Assembly (NCBI RefSeq): GCF_006345805.1
Contig: NC_042997.1
Location: 158,658,001-158,722,000 of the forward strand
Direction of reading: 5' to 3'
Origin: Octopus sinensis
Lineage: Eukaryota
Length of the DNA: 64,000 bases
Each line of letters opens with the position of its first letter. The stretch's first letter is position 1. Positions 25,402-38,699 of this stretch are shown piece after piece. The notes under the pieces are model-generated. The model was not told where the DNA came from and did not search any database. It saw only the letters and a program-made list of their open reading frames with translations. A program made the position numbers and the translations under genes.

Positions 25402-25798
25402 TAACTAGCTGCATCGCCCGGCGTTGCTCGGGTTTGTTTCGATCCTTTAGAATTGGAATTTTTGAAAAGTAAACATTTTGCATTATGTAGCTTGTTATTC
25501 TCTGTAAGTGAACGTTTTTTCTGGTTGATATACGCCCAAAAATGGCGATACAGCAGTCGAAAATCGTAAAAAAATAGGGATTTTAATAGAAAAAAAGCAC
25601 CTTTTTGATGTAAATAAATGTTGGTGTTAATATGGTCCGATTTGAATTTTTTCTTCTACGGAATGAAGAGCAAGCCTTCTTCTATCATGGTCTCAATTTT
25701 GCTCAACTTGCTCTGCAGGGTCTCGGAGGAGATAGTGTTAGTTGAAGGCTACCAAACCTGCCATACACAGACAAATTCAGCTTTATATATAGAGAGAT
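25402..25798 (+). mobile_element. Non-autonomous Helitron/Helentron-like element
   Basis: taactagctgcatcgcccggcgttgctcggg ... acagacaaattcagctttatatatagaga. A 5' fragment also occurs at about 29880-29906. Confidence 0.6.
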
Positions 25799-26409
25799 TA
25801 CATAGTTTGCTTCGCAATCATGAGGTCTCGAGTTTGATCATGTGGCATAGCGTTTTCTGCAAGTGATTTTGTATGAGCCTCGAGTCGACCCAAGCAGACG
25901 GAAGATGTTCCATAATTCGTATCTGTAATTCTAAAGTTCAGTCTTATTATACTGCGACTCAAATTCGACTTCAGAATTATGTTAGCGGTGCACATGCCAA
26001 TGGCATATTCAACTATTCAAGTTCACTGACGTCTATAAACTTCGAGAGGAAAACCTAAGAAAGCATTGCCCCTTATACGAAAACCTTTGCCATATCTATT
26101 TACATTTTACTTCAAGTATACATGTCTGTGTCACTCACGAAGTAAGAAATTGGTTTGCAATATTTTGTTTTTTCTTTTTTCTTATATTTTATATTGAAAT
26201 CATCTTTGGTTTCTATTTTGAATTCAATCTTTAGTAGCCAATAAAATAATATTGCTAAAGTACGACTCGGGAGGAAAAAATTACTGTTGCTTGGAGAAAA
26301 CCAATGTTTTGATAAATAATAAAAATTAAAATTCTGGAACGACTCTAATATGCACAAATCTCATAGAAATATTAATAATACTTTCTATTAAAGTCGCAAG
26401 GCTTGAAAT

Positions 26410-26560
26410 TACGTCGACTCCAGTACTCAACTGGTACTTAATTTATCGACCACGAAGGGATAAAAGCTAAAGTCGACATCGACAGAATTTGAACTCCTGA
26501 ACGTAAAGACGGACGAAATGCAGCTAAGCATGTTGCCCGGGGGGGGGGGCTCGCCTCCTT
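26410..26560 (-). mobile_element. SINE family A, degenerate
   Basis: Reverse complement of the A body (atttatcgac...gtcgac...gaatttgaactc). Confidence 0.75.
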
Positions 26561-27730
26561 AATAATAACAAGTAATAATTATACAACTAAACCCATATCT
26601 AATTTTGTGAAAGTGGTTTCAAGCAATATACATTAAGCGAAATAATCGTTTTCTTTGTTTCGGGGAGGATATTTTTCAATTGATTTAATTCTTACGGAAT
26701 TACTACTTGTCTATTTCCAGTTAGATTGAATCACTTTAACTAAACTGCTCAGGTGGCAAGCTAAATCAAAAGAAAATCAGTCTTCTTAACTGCAATAGTA
26801 CGACTAATTTTTACTGTTGTTTTCTTCTATATTTAGATAAACAAATCACAAAAATGACTTTTTAGCGTCCACTCAGTTAACTATTCAACTAGTTAAGTGG
26901 TAAAATACTCGGAACCAGAATTAAGTACATTCGGGCAGTTGGAACCAAAAGTAGCTGATACCATTTGTTTCAGCAAATCTTAGCACATTTAAATCATGCT
27001 TCAATCATTTATCAGCTGTTCGTGTTGAAGACATTCAACAACAAACATCATAGTAGGTAGAATATGATCCTCTGATTCGTCGACACTAATCTTGCGTTGG
27101 CATGATATTAATACAGAGAATAGGAGATTTTTGTAAAAAAAAAAAGTTTTAAGAATTGAAATTAATTGATTAAAGGGGAGCAACTCATACAAAGTTATTT
27201 AACTGATTTTCAGGCTCATGCTTTTCTTAAAATAGATTGTATTCAGACAACTGCATATACTTGTATTAAAATAAATTGGAGTGAATTTGTATAAATAAAA
27301 CTGATAAATTAAATAAGTCAAATAAGATATACGTGGAGAATTCTAATAAGTTGTATGGCGTTATACGACTCTTCGCCACTAAAATTTGGTTCAGTTTCGC
27401 AGAAACAGGTCAAAAGTTGAATTCATGTGTGTGAGACAGGAGCAGCGCCAGGAAATTCTGTTTGACAGCTCGTTTGTAAATTGTTCCTGAAGAAACTGCA
27501 ATAAAGTAATGCCATAAATAATTGGTTCGCAATTGTGACTATATTCATTATCCGTATAGTGAGTTCGTGCATGGGAATATAAGGCAAAACCAAGTGTATA
27601 GAATGCTGATACTCCAATACGGATAAAATTGTTTATTCATGCCTGGCATTTACATAAGTAGAAGAGCAAATGTTTCCTTTATAAGATTTTTCTGAGATGT
27701 ACTGGCTGGATCGAACCCTAAATGGTCATA

Positions 27731-27927
27731 TTCCAACCACCCCAACTCAATCATTAAGCATATTATACGCATATCAGTAGTAGCATATTCCATCTATTTT
27801 CAGGTAGGTGTTTACTTACTTTGTACGTGAGCACAAAGTAAGTAAATACCTACCTGAAAATAGATGGAATATACTACTACTGATATTGCGTATAATATGC
27901 TTAATGATTGAGTTGGGGTGCTTGGAA
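27731..27927. repeat. Near-perfect long palindrome / foldback MITE
   Basis: Arms 27731-27824 and 27833-27927, 8-nt loop, 2 mismatches, 1 G.T, 1 bulge. Confidence 0.95.
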
Positions 27928-28350
27928 ATCTTTTTCTCAAATTCTTTTGGTCTGTGGCTGAACATTTCCTCCTCCTGTGCTCTTTTTTTCATTTCCTTCT
28001 TTTTTTTATTACCTTTATCGCACGCCCCAAATACGCTTTTCCAACATGATGCGCTTTTAAATTGTTCACACGCGCAAACAAATAACGCCATCCTTATCGC
28101 ATATGCGTTTTTCCTCTAATCATCTGACTATTGCAAACATGCACACCGGTATCACCACCATATTCTAAATAAGCACTGCCAGCAAATCCACATTAAACTT
28201 TCATAAACACCACTAAACATACCTAACTAAACAGTATGCTAACACCATCTATTCTTATGCCGGTTACCAGTCGCACATAGAGACATATGTATGTACACAA
28301 ACACTCCACACTCTTCCTGGCTTCCTCTCACAGAACAGTATACACACTTT

Positions 28351-28580
28351 AGGCGAGCTGGCAGAAACGTTAGCACGCCGGGCGAAATGCGTAGCCGTAT
28401 TTCATCTGCCGTTACGTTCTGAGTTCAAAATCCGCCGAGGTCGACTTTGCCTTTCATCCTTTCGGGGTCGATAAATTAAAGACCAGTTACGTACTGAGGT
28501 CGATATAATCGACTTAATCCGTTTGTCTGTGTTTGTTTGTCCTCTCTGTGTTTAGCCCCTTGTGGGTAGTAAAGAAATAG
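28351..28580 (+). mobile_element. SINE family A, young full-length copy
   Basis: Perfect 13-bp TSD gtatacacacttt at 28338-28350 and 28581-28593. Confidence 0.92.
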
Positions 28581-28989
28581 GTATACACACTTTATCCTCA
28601 TGTATTTTTCCACAATTAATTTGAGTTAATTTTGTTAATGGTTGAGCCATATTTCTCTCTCTTTCTCTCCCCTACATACATTTCTTTGTGAAGAGGAACG
28701 AACTTAAGGGACGGCAATAGGTTGCATGCTCATTTAAACACTAATTTTATACATTGAATTTATACTGTATAAGCCGCACGCTGTTCTCTCTATTGTCGCT
28801 TTCGTTGTAGTTGTTGTGTATGTGCGCATGCGTCAAAAATGATCCGTGGACATAAAGAACTTGGCGACAGCAAGTTTATAGCATTTAACAACTGCGAAGC
28901 TTCTATCTGTTTCTGATATGAAAGTCCCCCAGCTAGGTACCCACTTATGGTGTAATTTCCTTCTTAGCAACCATAATTTTGCGGCAAGT

Positions 28990-29170
28990 TTGACAGAATG
29001 ATAGCCGAGCTAAACATTAAACTCATAAATCTAACAAGTTGTGGGGAATCTGCAGTCTTAGCCACCACCAGAAAAATGTGTGAAGCCAATTTCCAATATA
29101 CACCCCTTAATCAGCCTAAATCAAAGACTAGAGAAAGGGAAATAATCAGGTATAATCCCCCCCATAACCA
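28990..29170 (+). mobile_element. Short Penelope-like fragment
   Basis: KSKTREREIIRYNPP matches the PLE RxRxIIW(F/Y)NPP linker motif. Confidence 0.45.
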
Positions 29171-30778
29171 TAAACACAATGGAGAGAAAAAGCGAGCGTA
29201 AATAATTAAAACAAAAGAAAAGAGTGCATATATAAACTTATGTGTACTATGCTAAGTGTATGTATCTATATTTGTGTATAAACTGATATGAACATTTATA
29301 GATGCCACAAACTATACAGAAAATCCAAAAGTTTAATGGGGTAAATTTCATTCAAGCACCAACGATCTCATACATACTTATACATATATACACAATAAAT
29401 GCTTGTTTCAAACAATTCATTGATAAGGCAAATTTAGTCTGACTCCTTTGTTTTCTCTTTCACTTTTTCTTTCTATCTATCTTCCTTTCCATCCTCTCTC
29501 TCCCTCTCTCTCCTCTCTCGTCTCTCTCCTCTCTCCTCTCTCACCATCTCTCTCCTTCCATTTCCCTCCTTCTTCCTCTCTCTCCATCTTGTCTCTCCTT
29601 CTCTCAAGTAATTTAATCATATGATAGCGTGATCTATCTTTGAAAGAACACAACCTTTCACCTTAAGAACAAGTATCTATTATTTTTATTTGATATATTT
29701 AGTATGAATGCCCTACAGTACTTAACGACTGTATCTTATTCTTCGATAGAATTTCTAGTTTGGCGATAAGGTAAACGGATTGACCATTGGAGATTGTTTT
29801 TGTAAGTTAAATTATAATGCTTTATTAAAACCAATATCAGAAATAACTTGAATGAGAGTATACACATTTATATCTCACAAGCAGAGATACCCGGCGTTGC
29901 TCGGGATTAAAATGGCATAGCTTGTATATATCTTACAGTTATGTTGAAGCATGTGATATGGCAAAGTGAGCATTGACGACAAAACATTTGTGGAGTAAAT
30001 GATGGGCAAATTCAAGAAATATGTAATGTGTAATAAAATAAAATGACAGTTGTACGTTAATAATGAAACGTCAATAAAGAAAGGTAAATAATATCGATAT
30101 CTTAGCAAATTTTAAGAAAAACATACAACGAACTGAGATGACACAGGTATACTAATAATTATATGTCAATAAAATTAATTAATATCAATATCTTAAAAGA
30201 ACGAAAAACGTTCAGCGGATTAATCACGCTGGATGTAAGGGAGACATTCAATTTCTGAAAGTTACTTCTCAAAGAGTTATCTCCCTTCTCCACGTAACAC
30301 AAGAAAGGGTATTTTCTGCTCCCAGAGGGCCCGTTGCTCATTATGTGGAAAGTTTTAAGGGTCTAAAACCATCTCTAGAACATAAGTAATGTATGTTCCC
30401 AGTTTGGAGAAAATCAGTTCTGAACTTCAGAACTTTTGCGGGATTACACACACACAAACACACACACAACCTGCCTTTCGGTTACGGAGTGAAAAAAATC
30501 TGGAAAATATCTGTACTTGTATACTCTAGCATCCCCTTATTTCAGCATTCCATTGCAGAGAATGTCTACATAACCTTTCATTTTAGTGAGCAAGAGAGTG
30601 GCAAGCAAACTTACATCAGATTAATCAGTTGGGATTTTTAATATTTACTGCACACACGCGCATTCATGCATACGTACATATATAAATACCTACACGCACG
30701 TGTTGTGTGAAGTGTGTATTATCAAGTTTTTAAATGTACTGGACTCGTTTTGATATAGATAGATATATAGATAGACAA

Positions 30779-30831
<53 letters not shown>

Positions 30832-30956
30832 ACATATCCGAAACAGAAGTACACTATAAAACATATGGCAGTAATGTATTTATATATAATTAAGTCTATG
30901 TCCGGTCATATAGACTTAGCTACACATACATATATACACACATACACACACACACA

Positions 30957-30997
<41 letters not shown>

Positions 30998-31019
30998 CGA
31001 GAATTCACAAAAAAAAACA

Positions 31020-31180
31020 AAAGACAAAGACAGATAGTGTAGACAACAAACAGATATATTAGTATAACGCTCAGGAAGTGAAAAAGTTTTTAACGTTTCG
31101 AGCCTACGCTCTTCCACAGAAAGGAGGACAGAAATAAACAAAGAGAGAAAATAAAGAGAGTAAATAAAGAGAGACAGAAT
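31020..31180 (-). mobile_element. Solo pLTR-like repeat with hammerhead (same family as 46872-47090)
   Basis: attagta..gcgctcaggaa...taacgtttcgagcctacgctcttc-acagaaag is shared with 46960-47040. Confidence 0.7.
31087..31124 (-). ncRNA. Minimal hammerhead variant (CUGUGGA core)
   Basis: ttt CTGTGGA a gagc-gtag-gctc GAAA cg T T aaa. Confidence 0.6.
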
Positions 31181-31409
31181 ATATTGTAAACATATATATA
31201 AATTTATTATATGTATAGTTAAGATAAATCCCATGTGTATATAACATATAAATCTTTGTGATTCCTATTAGAAAATGAAACACGTGTAATGGAGAATAAA
31301 TAATAACCCCCCACCAAAAAAAATTATATATAATATATGTATGTATGTATTTACGCAGACTTACAGAAAGAATGAAAGAGATAAAGAAAGATAGTTGAAT
31401 GGAACCCAC

Positions 31410-31545
31410 AAGTTAACTGGCAATTTATTTATGGAAGTAGGAAGGATGAAAGGCAAAGTTGACCTTGGCAGTGTATAAATTTAGATCGCAAGTCCAAACA
31501 ATTACAGCAGTGCATTTGTCGAGTGCTCTAACGATTCTGTCAATA
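31410..31545 (-). mobile_element. SINE family A, highly degenerate
   Basis: gaaggatgaaaggcaaagttgacctt block. Confidence 0.6.
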
Positions 31546-31558
31546 GACTTCCCCTTAC

Positions 31559-31624
<66 letters not shown>

Positions 31625-31888
31625 TGTGTATACACATGAATATGCTAGTGTGTGTGTGTGCTCGTGTACGTGTGTGCGCACACGTATATAATGTGTGTAA
31701 ATATATGTGTGTACGTACGTACGTACCTTCGTGATGTATATGTGCATGCGTAAGAATTGAAGTGCGTATGTAAGTATGCAGATATGCCTGTTAAATATTG
31801 TTGATATCGGAATATCATTATCTAAATTTGTTCTCCCGTTAGTATTCCTCCTACATATTTATATATTTATGTGTAAATGTGTGTTTGC

Positions 31889-31930
<42 letters not shown>

Positions 31931-33051
31931 TCTTGTGTATACATACATAGATACACTCCGCAAATATATACAATTTTATGGCAACGTTGCGTTTCCCTAG
32001 AGTAATGGGAAATATTATTACTGAAGTAATAAATTATAAATGTACAATAGACATTTATGGGGGGGAACATCTTCTACGAAACCTATACGGTTGAGCTAAC
32101 TTTAACCTATGTATGTAACTTTCTTCATATTCAGAAACTTGGTTTTATCTGATCTTAAAATAGACCAAACCAGTGAAAGAATTTGTGATCCACCTCAGAC
32201 TAAAACGACTTCGAAGAAATAACAGAAAATAATATTTCACTTTTTTTATTGTTTAATATCTGCAATTTGAGGTATTTCTTCGAGTACACGAGATTGTTGC
32301 GGTCGTTTACCCTCCAGTTAACACCCACCGAGTATACATAAGAGAAAAGGCGTTACACTGACGACTATGTTGTTCCGGCTGGCAGTTTTTTCGTCTGTTT
32401 ATATCAGAATATCATTAACTAAATTTAAATTTAGCTTACTTTGTTGAAATTTAGTTTCCTTTCTTCAACTAACTTAGGGTGTTGTTTGAGGGAGTTTCGT
32501 CGAATTTTTAGAATGCCGAATAATGACAAGTCTCGCTTGTTACTGCATTTAGGCAATTAATTGAAAATGTGTAAATATGTAGCATTTTGACATGTGAAAT
32601 AAATATGTAATTGGTTCAGAAGTTCACTAGATTCATTATAATTTTCGTTAAATATAAAACTTATTAATTTGCTGTATGACCGATGAATCACGAGTCATCT
32701 GAATAATCACATATTTAATTGAATCCACAATAGAGGAACAGACTTCCAGTTGTTACCCTTTGATTCTGTTCCGTTCTTATGATGCGATGCAAGGCAGCGT
32801 GCTCAAGAAGATCATTTTGCTATCATGTAATTTTAGGAGGCCTTCAAAAACAATATTCGTCTTGCTGGTTTCCTTTATTCTGACAAAACTATATATAGAG
32901 AGTATTCTCTTCCAGTCATTACATTTACTTTTCTATTCATTGAGTATACATTTATATTCATACCGTATGTTCATGTAATATAACATTTTCTTATACTTTC
33001 CCTTTCAATTAGGCAATACCTTAGATCATAACTTCAATATTACAAAAATTA

Positions 33052-33265
33052 AAGGCGGCGAGCTGGCAGAAACGTTAGCATGCCGGGCAAAAGGCTTAGC
33101 AGCATTTCGTCTGTCTTTATGCTCTGAGTTTAAATTCCCCCGAAGTCAACTTTGCCTTTCATCCTCTCCAGGTCGATAAATTATGTACCAGTTGTGTACT
33201 GGGGTCGATCTAATCGACTGGCCCCCTCCCCCAAAATTTCTGGCTTTGTGCCTAGAGTAGAAAAT
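33052..33265 (+). mobile_element. SINE family A
   Basis: Head aaggcggcgagctggcagaaacg. 16-bp TSD aatattac(a/c)aa(a/g)atta at 33036-33051 and 33266-33281. Confidence 0.88.
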
Positions 33266-33327
33266 AATATTACCAAGATTAGTAAAATGAAATATGGAGG
33301 CATATGTCCTCTTGGTTTGGGTTTTGT

Positions 33328-33565
33328 ATTCATGATCGGAAGATTGTAGTTTCGATTCCCTGACGTGGTGATGTGTTGTGTTCTTGACCGAAACACTTGA
33401 TTTCACGTTGCTATGGATCATTTTGATATTTGACATGTCGCACACAGTGCACCTGTACATGTAATGTCGATTTGATGGAGAGAATTAGCTAATGTGCAGC
33501 ACAAATATTTGATCACTATAATAAACAAATCATCTGTGAAAGATGTTCAACAAGAATTTGCGGAA
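33328..33565 (+). mobile_element. SINE with family C head and another tail type
   Basis: catgatcggaagattgtagtttcgattcc...acacttgatttcacgttgct matches 15738-15991; the 3' part is unrelated to the other copies. Confidence 0.65.
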
Positions 33566-35061
33566 ATATTTTCCTCAAGCATGATTGACTACTAATAAAC
33601 AGTATGATATATAAAGTAATTAGATAGATTCCTTTAATTTGTTCCGACACTCTGCCGACATTTTGACGCACTTGTCATGAGAGTGTAATTCTCGAAATGT
33701 AGTCGTTATACTGCTCTACGGTTGCTGTTGTTGTTTAGCTTAAAGATTAACCCTCGTCAAAGAGGTTTGGGTCAGAGTTTGGTGGGTGTCTTTATCTCTA
33801 TCATCTCATGTGCTATTCTATATTTAAAACGGTTTAAAACGGATGCAGTTTGAAGGAGGGTGATTTTTCCTGCCGTTTCTATTGTTTGGCGATAATACTG
33901 GTCGTAAATATGAGTTATTTTCAATATATTGGATTCTTTCTTTCGAAAGTTTTATTCGAAAAGAGAGGTTTGGGATCTTCTAAAGGTTCATACTGATTTT
34001 AATGAATGTGATTGTAACTCAATTACTAAAACCAATGCGAATCACAGGTTCCTGGCCATTTGCAAACATTACTTTATTAGTCCACACTACTGAACCTAAG
34101 TCTCGATATTGTGTCAGTGGCACCATTAGATTAATTCTTATGGAAATAATCTAATCCATATTTTATATTCTGGGGAGAAATTAATATATGGAGTTTATAC
34201 AGTATGATGATGAGCTCAGAAACGTGGCACTCTGACAAATATTATATTGTTATCCTTATTATGGAAAACAAATATTTATCATAAGATTTATGAATCATGG
34301 AAATATCAGTTAAATAAAACGTGAAAAGCTGTGATGCACATGTTTTACCATAGTCATTAATTACATAGGTAGAAAGTAAATGCAGATATTTTTCTCGTTT
34401 GTTGAGTTTCTATTATAGAACCTGGAAGTGGTAACTAATTCTTGAGACTTTTTTAAAGAAATGCCGCTAAGTGTGATATATTAGTTGAAGAATAGTAGGA
34501 GAGAGAAATCTGCGAAATATTACTGCCTCTTAAACGTCTATGTACAGTGTCCTCTGTTTCTATCTTGAGAACCAACTTGCCGCTGTTGTAATTACAAACA
34601 TTACAGTGTTGTAAGTGTTTTAGTCGTGCCCTCACAGTTGGTTGTGGCAAGTGACTTAATATAGATTTCCTAAGCAATATTCTTTCCGTATACTGATGTA
34701 GTTCAACTGTGACTAAAATAATTGTATGAACTGAAACCATGATTTAGCATGGTAGCGTTAGGCATGAAAAGTTAGTCCTTGTTTAAATGCTAAAATTAAA
34801 TACTAAATGAGACATTCAACTGTTTCGGATAGCCTGAGATGTTAGAGATTTTCCGCCCATATACATCACCGATCAGCTAACTTGAAATATTATAAGGTTT
34901 GCTAATGGGTTATATTATGAGTTTGAAATGAGCGAATTCAGTTTATGTTGTTAAGCAGTTGTAAGTCGACCAAAAATATTTAGCGATTAAAATCAGGCGT
35001 ATGTCAAAGGTGTGTAAACTGCCAGCATATAAGCCAGTTAGGTGATGGTATTAATGATAAT

Positions 35062-35375
35062 TGTAAGGGCACAATGGCCCAGTGGTTAGGGCAGCGGACT
35101 CGCGGACGGAAGATTGTGGTTTCGATTCCCAGACTGGGCGTTGTGTGTGTTTATTGAGCGAAAACACCTAAAGCTCCCCGAGGTTCCAGCAGGGTGTGGT
35201 GGCGACCCCTGTTATACTCTTTCGCCCCAACTTTCTCTCACTCTCTCTTCCTGTTTCATGAGTAACGCTGCCATGGACTGGCTTCCCGTCCAGCTTGGGG
35301 GAACACATACGCCACAGAAACAGGGAAACCGGGCCCATGAGCCTGGCTAGGCTTGAAAAGGGCGAATAAAAAGAA
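35062..35375 (+). mobile_element. SINE family C
   Basis: A box tggcccagtggttagg, B box gtttcgattcc, tail shared with 15734. Confidence 0.85.
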
Positions 35376-35552
35376 AAAGAGACATACAGAGAAAAATAGG
35401 TGATTTAAGACAGGTCTTCTACGCAAGACGAGAGCTGGGTGAATATTTGAGTTCGGAAAATATTGGGGACGGTAGAAGAACTTAGACGAATAGGAGTGTA
35501 AACTTTGAACCAAAGAGAAATGAATCCTTTCTTGCTATTATCTATGGAGAGA

Positions 35553-35769
35553 ATAAGGCGGCGAGCTGGCAGAATCATTAACACGCTGGGTAAAATGCTT
35601 AGTGGCGTTTCGTCCATCCTTACGTTCTAAGTTTAAATTCCGCTGAGGTCGACGTTGTCTTTCATTATTTCGAGGTCGATGGAATAAGCACTGTTTATTC
35701 ACTGGGGTCGATGTAATCGACTAGCCCCCCTACGCCAAAATTTCAGACCTTATACCAATAGTAGAAAGG
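35553..35769 (+). mobile_element. SINE family A
   Basis: 16-bp TSD attatctatgga(g/a)aga at 35537-35552 and 35770-35785. Confidence 0.88.
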
Positions 35770-36207
35770 ATTATCTATGGAAAGAGTGGAAACTACATAG
35801 TTGATTTTAGAGATATCGGTACTAGTAAATTCAACTCAAAATTTGAAAAGGCAGAATTAGATGGTTTAGAATTGAATTTAGAGGTTGAGGGTTAAAAATG
35901 ATTTATATAGCGCAATTAGTCACACTTATAATTAATGAAGTATTATCTTTACAAGTGAGCAAAATTCCATTGTATATGTAAAGATAAAGATAACTTATCC
36001 AGTAATTAATCCGTAGTCTATAACCAGTTTATATTTTGACAGTTCTGAGTAAATGAATTTTAAATTAGCTCGTGCAATAATTACGCTAGAATAAAATCAT
36101 TAATCCGAAGGGGTGAAGAATGTAACGTTAGTGGTTCTCGCACTTCTGGCAGCGAGGCAGAGATTCAAAGTCACTGAGAAGTAGTAGCTGATTATTTAAA
36201 TTGTTAC

Positions 36208-36625
36208 AGGCGTAGGAATGGCTGTGTGGTAAGTAGCTTGCTTACCAACCATATGGTTCCAGGTTCAGTCTCACTGCGTGGCACCTTGAGAGAGTGTCTT
36301 CTACTATAGCCTCGGACCGACCAAAGTCTTGTGAGTGGATTTGGTAGACGGAAACTGAAATAATCCCGTCGTATGTATATATATATACATATATATGTGT
36401 GTGTGTTTGTATGTTTGTGTGCCACTGTTTGTACCGCCAACATCGCTTGACAACCGATGCTGGTGTGTTTACGTCCCCGTAACTTAGCGGTTCGGCAAAA
36501 GAGCCCGATAGAATAAGTACCAGGCTTACAAAGAATAAGTCCTGGGGTCGATTTGCTCGACTAAAGGCGCTGCTCCAGCATGGCCACAGTCAAATGACTG
36601 AAACAAGTAAAAGAGTAAAAGAGTT
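36208..36625 (+). mobile_element. SINE family B, full length
   Basis: aggcgtaggaatggctgtgtggtaag ... ggttcagtctc ... ccagcatggccacagtcaaatgactgaaacaagtaaaagagtaaaagag. Confidence 0.9.
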
Positions 36626-37439
36626 GTTGAAAGTAATACATTCCTGAGGTGGATCAGTCGTTTAGGCGACATGTCTCGCTTACGTTTAATGCACTTCTGA
36701 ACTAAAAGTCTATGTAATATATGCAGTGGGAGAAAGTATAAGCACTTTGACTGCAAGCATGAATACTATTTGTGTTTTTATGGAGTTTTATTCCCTATCA
36801 AATCTCACCCAGCAAACATAGGAGCTAAAGTATTTCAACTAGATCCATCCTGTCATTTCTTTACGTATAATGAAACCTGAATCACATTGCACAATGCATT
36901 CTTATGTTTCGTTATGCATTGTTTGTCATGACTCAATATTTTATTATTTGTCTGTCGTTATGCATCCAAAACATAATAGTAACACTGGCAGAAAAAGAAT
37001 GGGGAGAGGAAGAAGGGAAGAGGAGGGGGAGAGAGTTAATAAATATGAAATAATTTCTAAATAAATAAATCATCCTCTGTCGCTTCTGTCGTCATTTCGA
37101 TTTTTCTTTTTTATATATATATAAGCATCTTTCTTTTTTATGTTTTTCAAGTATTTATTGTACAGACGATATTGTATTTTTTTTTACTAATGACGATGTT
37201 TAAGTTGAATAACCTGTAAGAAAATGAGTGGAAAATTATAATCTTCAACATCAATAACACCAGTTCCATCCAGTAGGAGCAACAACAATAATAATATAAC
37301 TAACAAGATCAGCGCAAGAAGCAATAAAGAAATATATGACAGTGTGACAAATATAATGACAATGACTGGAATACAAATAACAACACAGCGAACATCAAGA
37401 ACAGTCACAATAATATTAACAATTCCAGTTATCAAATCT

Positions 37440-37489
37440 ATAACTACTACTGCTACTTCTACTAATACACCCCACTACCACCACCGCCG

Positions 37490-37586
<97 letters not shown>

Positions 37587-37670
37587 TGATAATAATAATG
37601 ATAATAATAATAATAATACTAAAAATAATAATACTGCTGCTGTTGTTGTTGTTGTTGTTGTTGTTGTTAA
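37440..37670. repeat. Compound trinucleotide array (CTA)n(TAA)n(TGA)(TGC)(TGT)n
   Basis: Direct reading. Confidence 0.95.
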
Positions 37671-38021
37671 GCAACACGATGAGTAAGGGCGATTAAGTGA
37701 TGGTCTAGGGCTTAGGGGCGGGAGACCCCAGACCTTGCAAAAAAAAGAAGTTTGGTCGTCTTGTTGTAGTCGAGGGCTCTTCGTTGACGCCCGACACCAC
37801 TGGGAGGTGGCCCCCGAAGTCGCTGGAAATGGAGATTTCCAGGTCCAAATTCTTGAACGGCTTGCTGCTGCTGCTACTGTCGCTGCTGGCAATGAGAGTA
37901 GTAACTGGTATTTTTTCTGTATTTCTTTATTTTGGCACAAGCACCACAAGCACATGATATTTTAAGGGAGAGAAGCTAATCGATACAATCGATTCCATTT
38001 CTTAACTCGTACAATAAGTTA

Positions 38022-38272
38022 TGTGGAGGCACATGGCCTAGTGGTTAGAGCACAGGCCTCGCGGTCGAGGGAACGCGGGTTCGAATCTCAGATCGGGCGA
38101 TGTGTGTGTTTATGAGCGAAGCACCTAAGCTCCACTCGGCTCCGGCAGAAGGTAATGGCGAACTTCAGCTGACTCTTTCGCCACAACTTTCTCTCACTCT
38201 TTCCTCCTGCATCTTGCTCACCTGCGACGGGCCAGGCGTGGCTTGAGAGGGAACAAACAACAACAACAATAT
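38022..38272 (+). mobile_element. SINE, family C-related, (AAC)n tail
   Basis: A box tggcctagtggttagag, B box ggttcgaatct, ctctttcgccacaactttctctcactct block shared with 35215-35245. Confidence 0.8.
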
Positions 38273-38309
38273 GTTATGAACTTCGAGAGAATGAAAGGTA
38301 AAAATGCCC

Positions 38310-38480
38310 TCGGTGCGATTTGTGACCCACGATATAATGAGGCGGAACAAATACCGCAATATATTTTTATTTACCCGAAAAGATGAAAGGCGAAGTTGAC
38401 CTTGGTATTTGAACTCAGAACGTAAAGACGGACGAAATGCTGCTAAGCATTTTGCTATCGATTCTTCCACATCGCCACTC
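38310..38480 (-). mobile_element. SINE family A, degenerate
   Basis: gatgaaaggcgaagttgacc...tttgaactcagaacgtaaagacggacgaaatgc. Confidence 0.75.
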
Positions 38481-38699
38481 TTATGATAATAATGCGGATG
38501 GTGATGATTTATTTAATAGTAACCACGGCTCACACCAAGTGATGATATTACTTACACAAAGTTTTTGCACTTAAACAAAATATAAATAATATCAATATGG
38601 TAATAATGAAATATTAAATTCCCCGGTAAGAGGTGACTCCACACAAGCCGTCTCCCTGAAGACTATGTCTGGCATTTCCTCTAAGCTGTTTAACGCCAA

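Noticed and set aside
31225-31295. GAAA-cacgtg-TA-atgg with an upstream ccat
   Set aside because: The core reads GTGTATA and there is no stem II.
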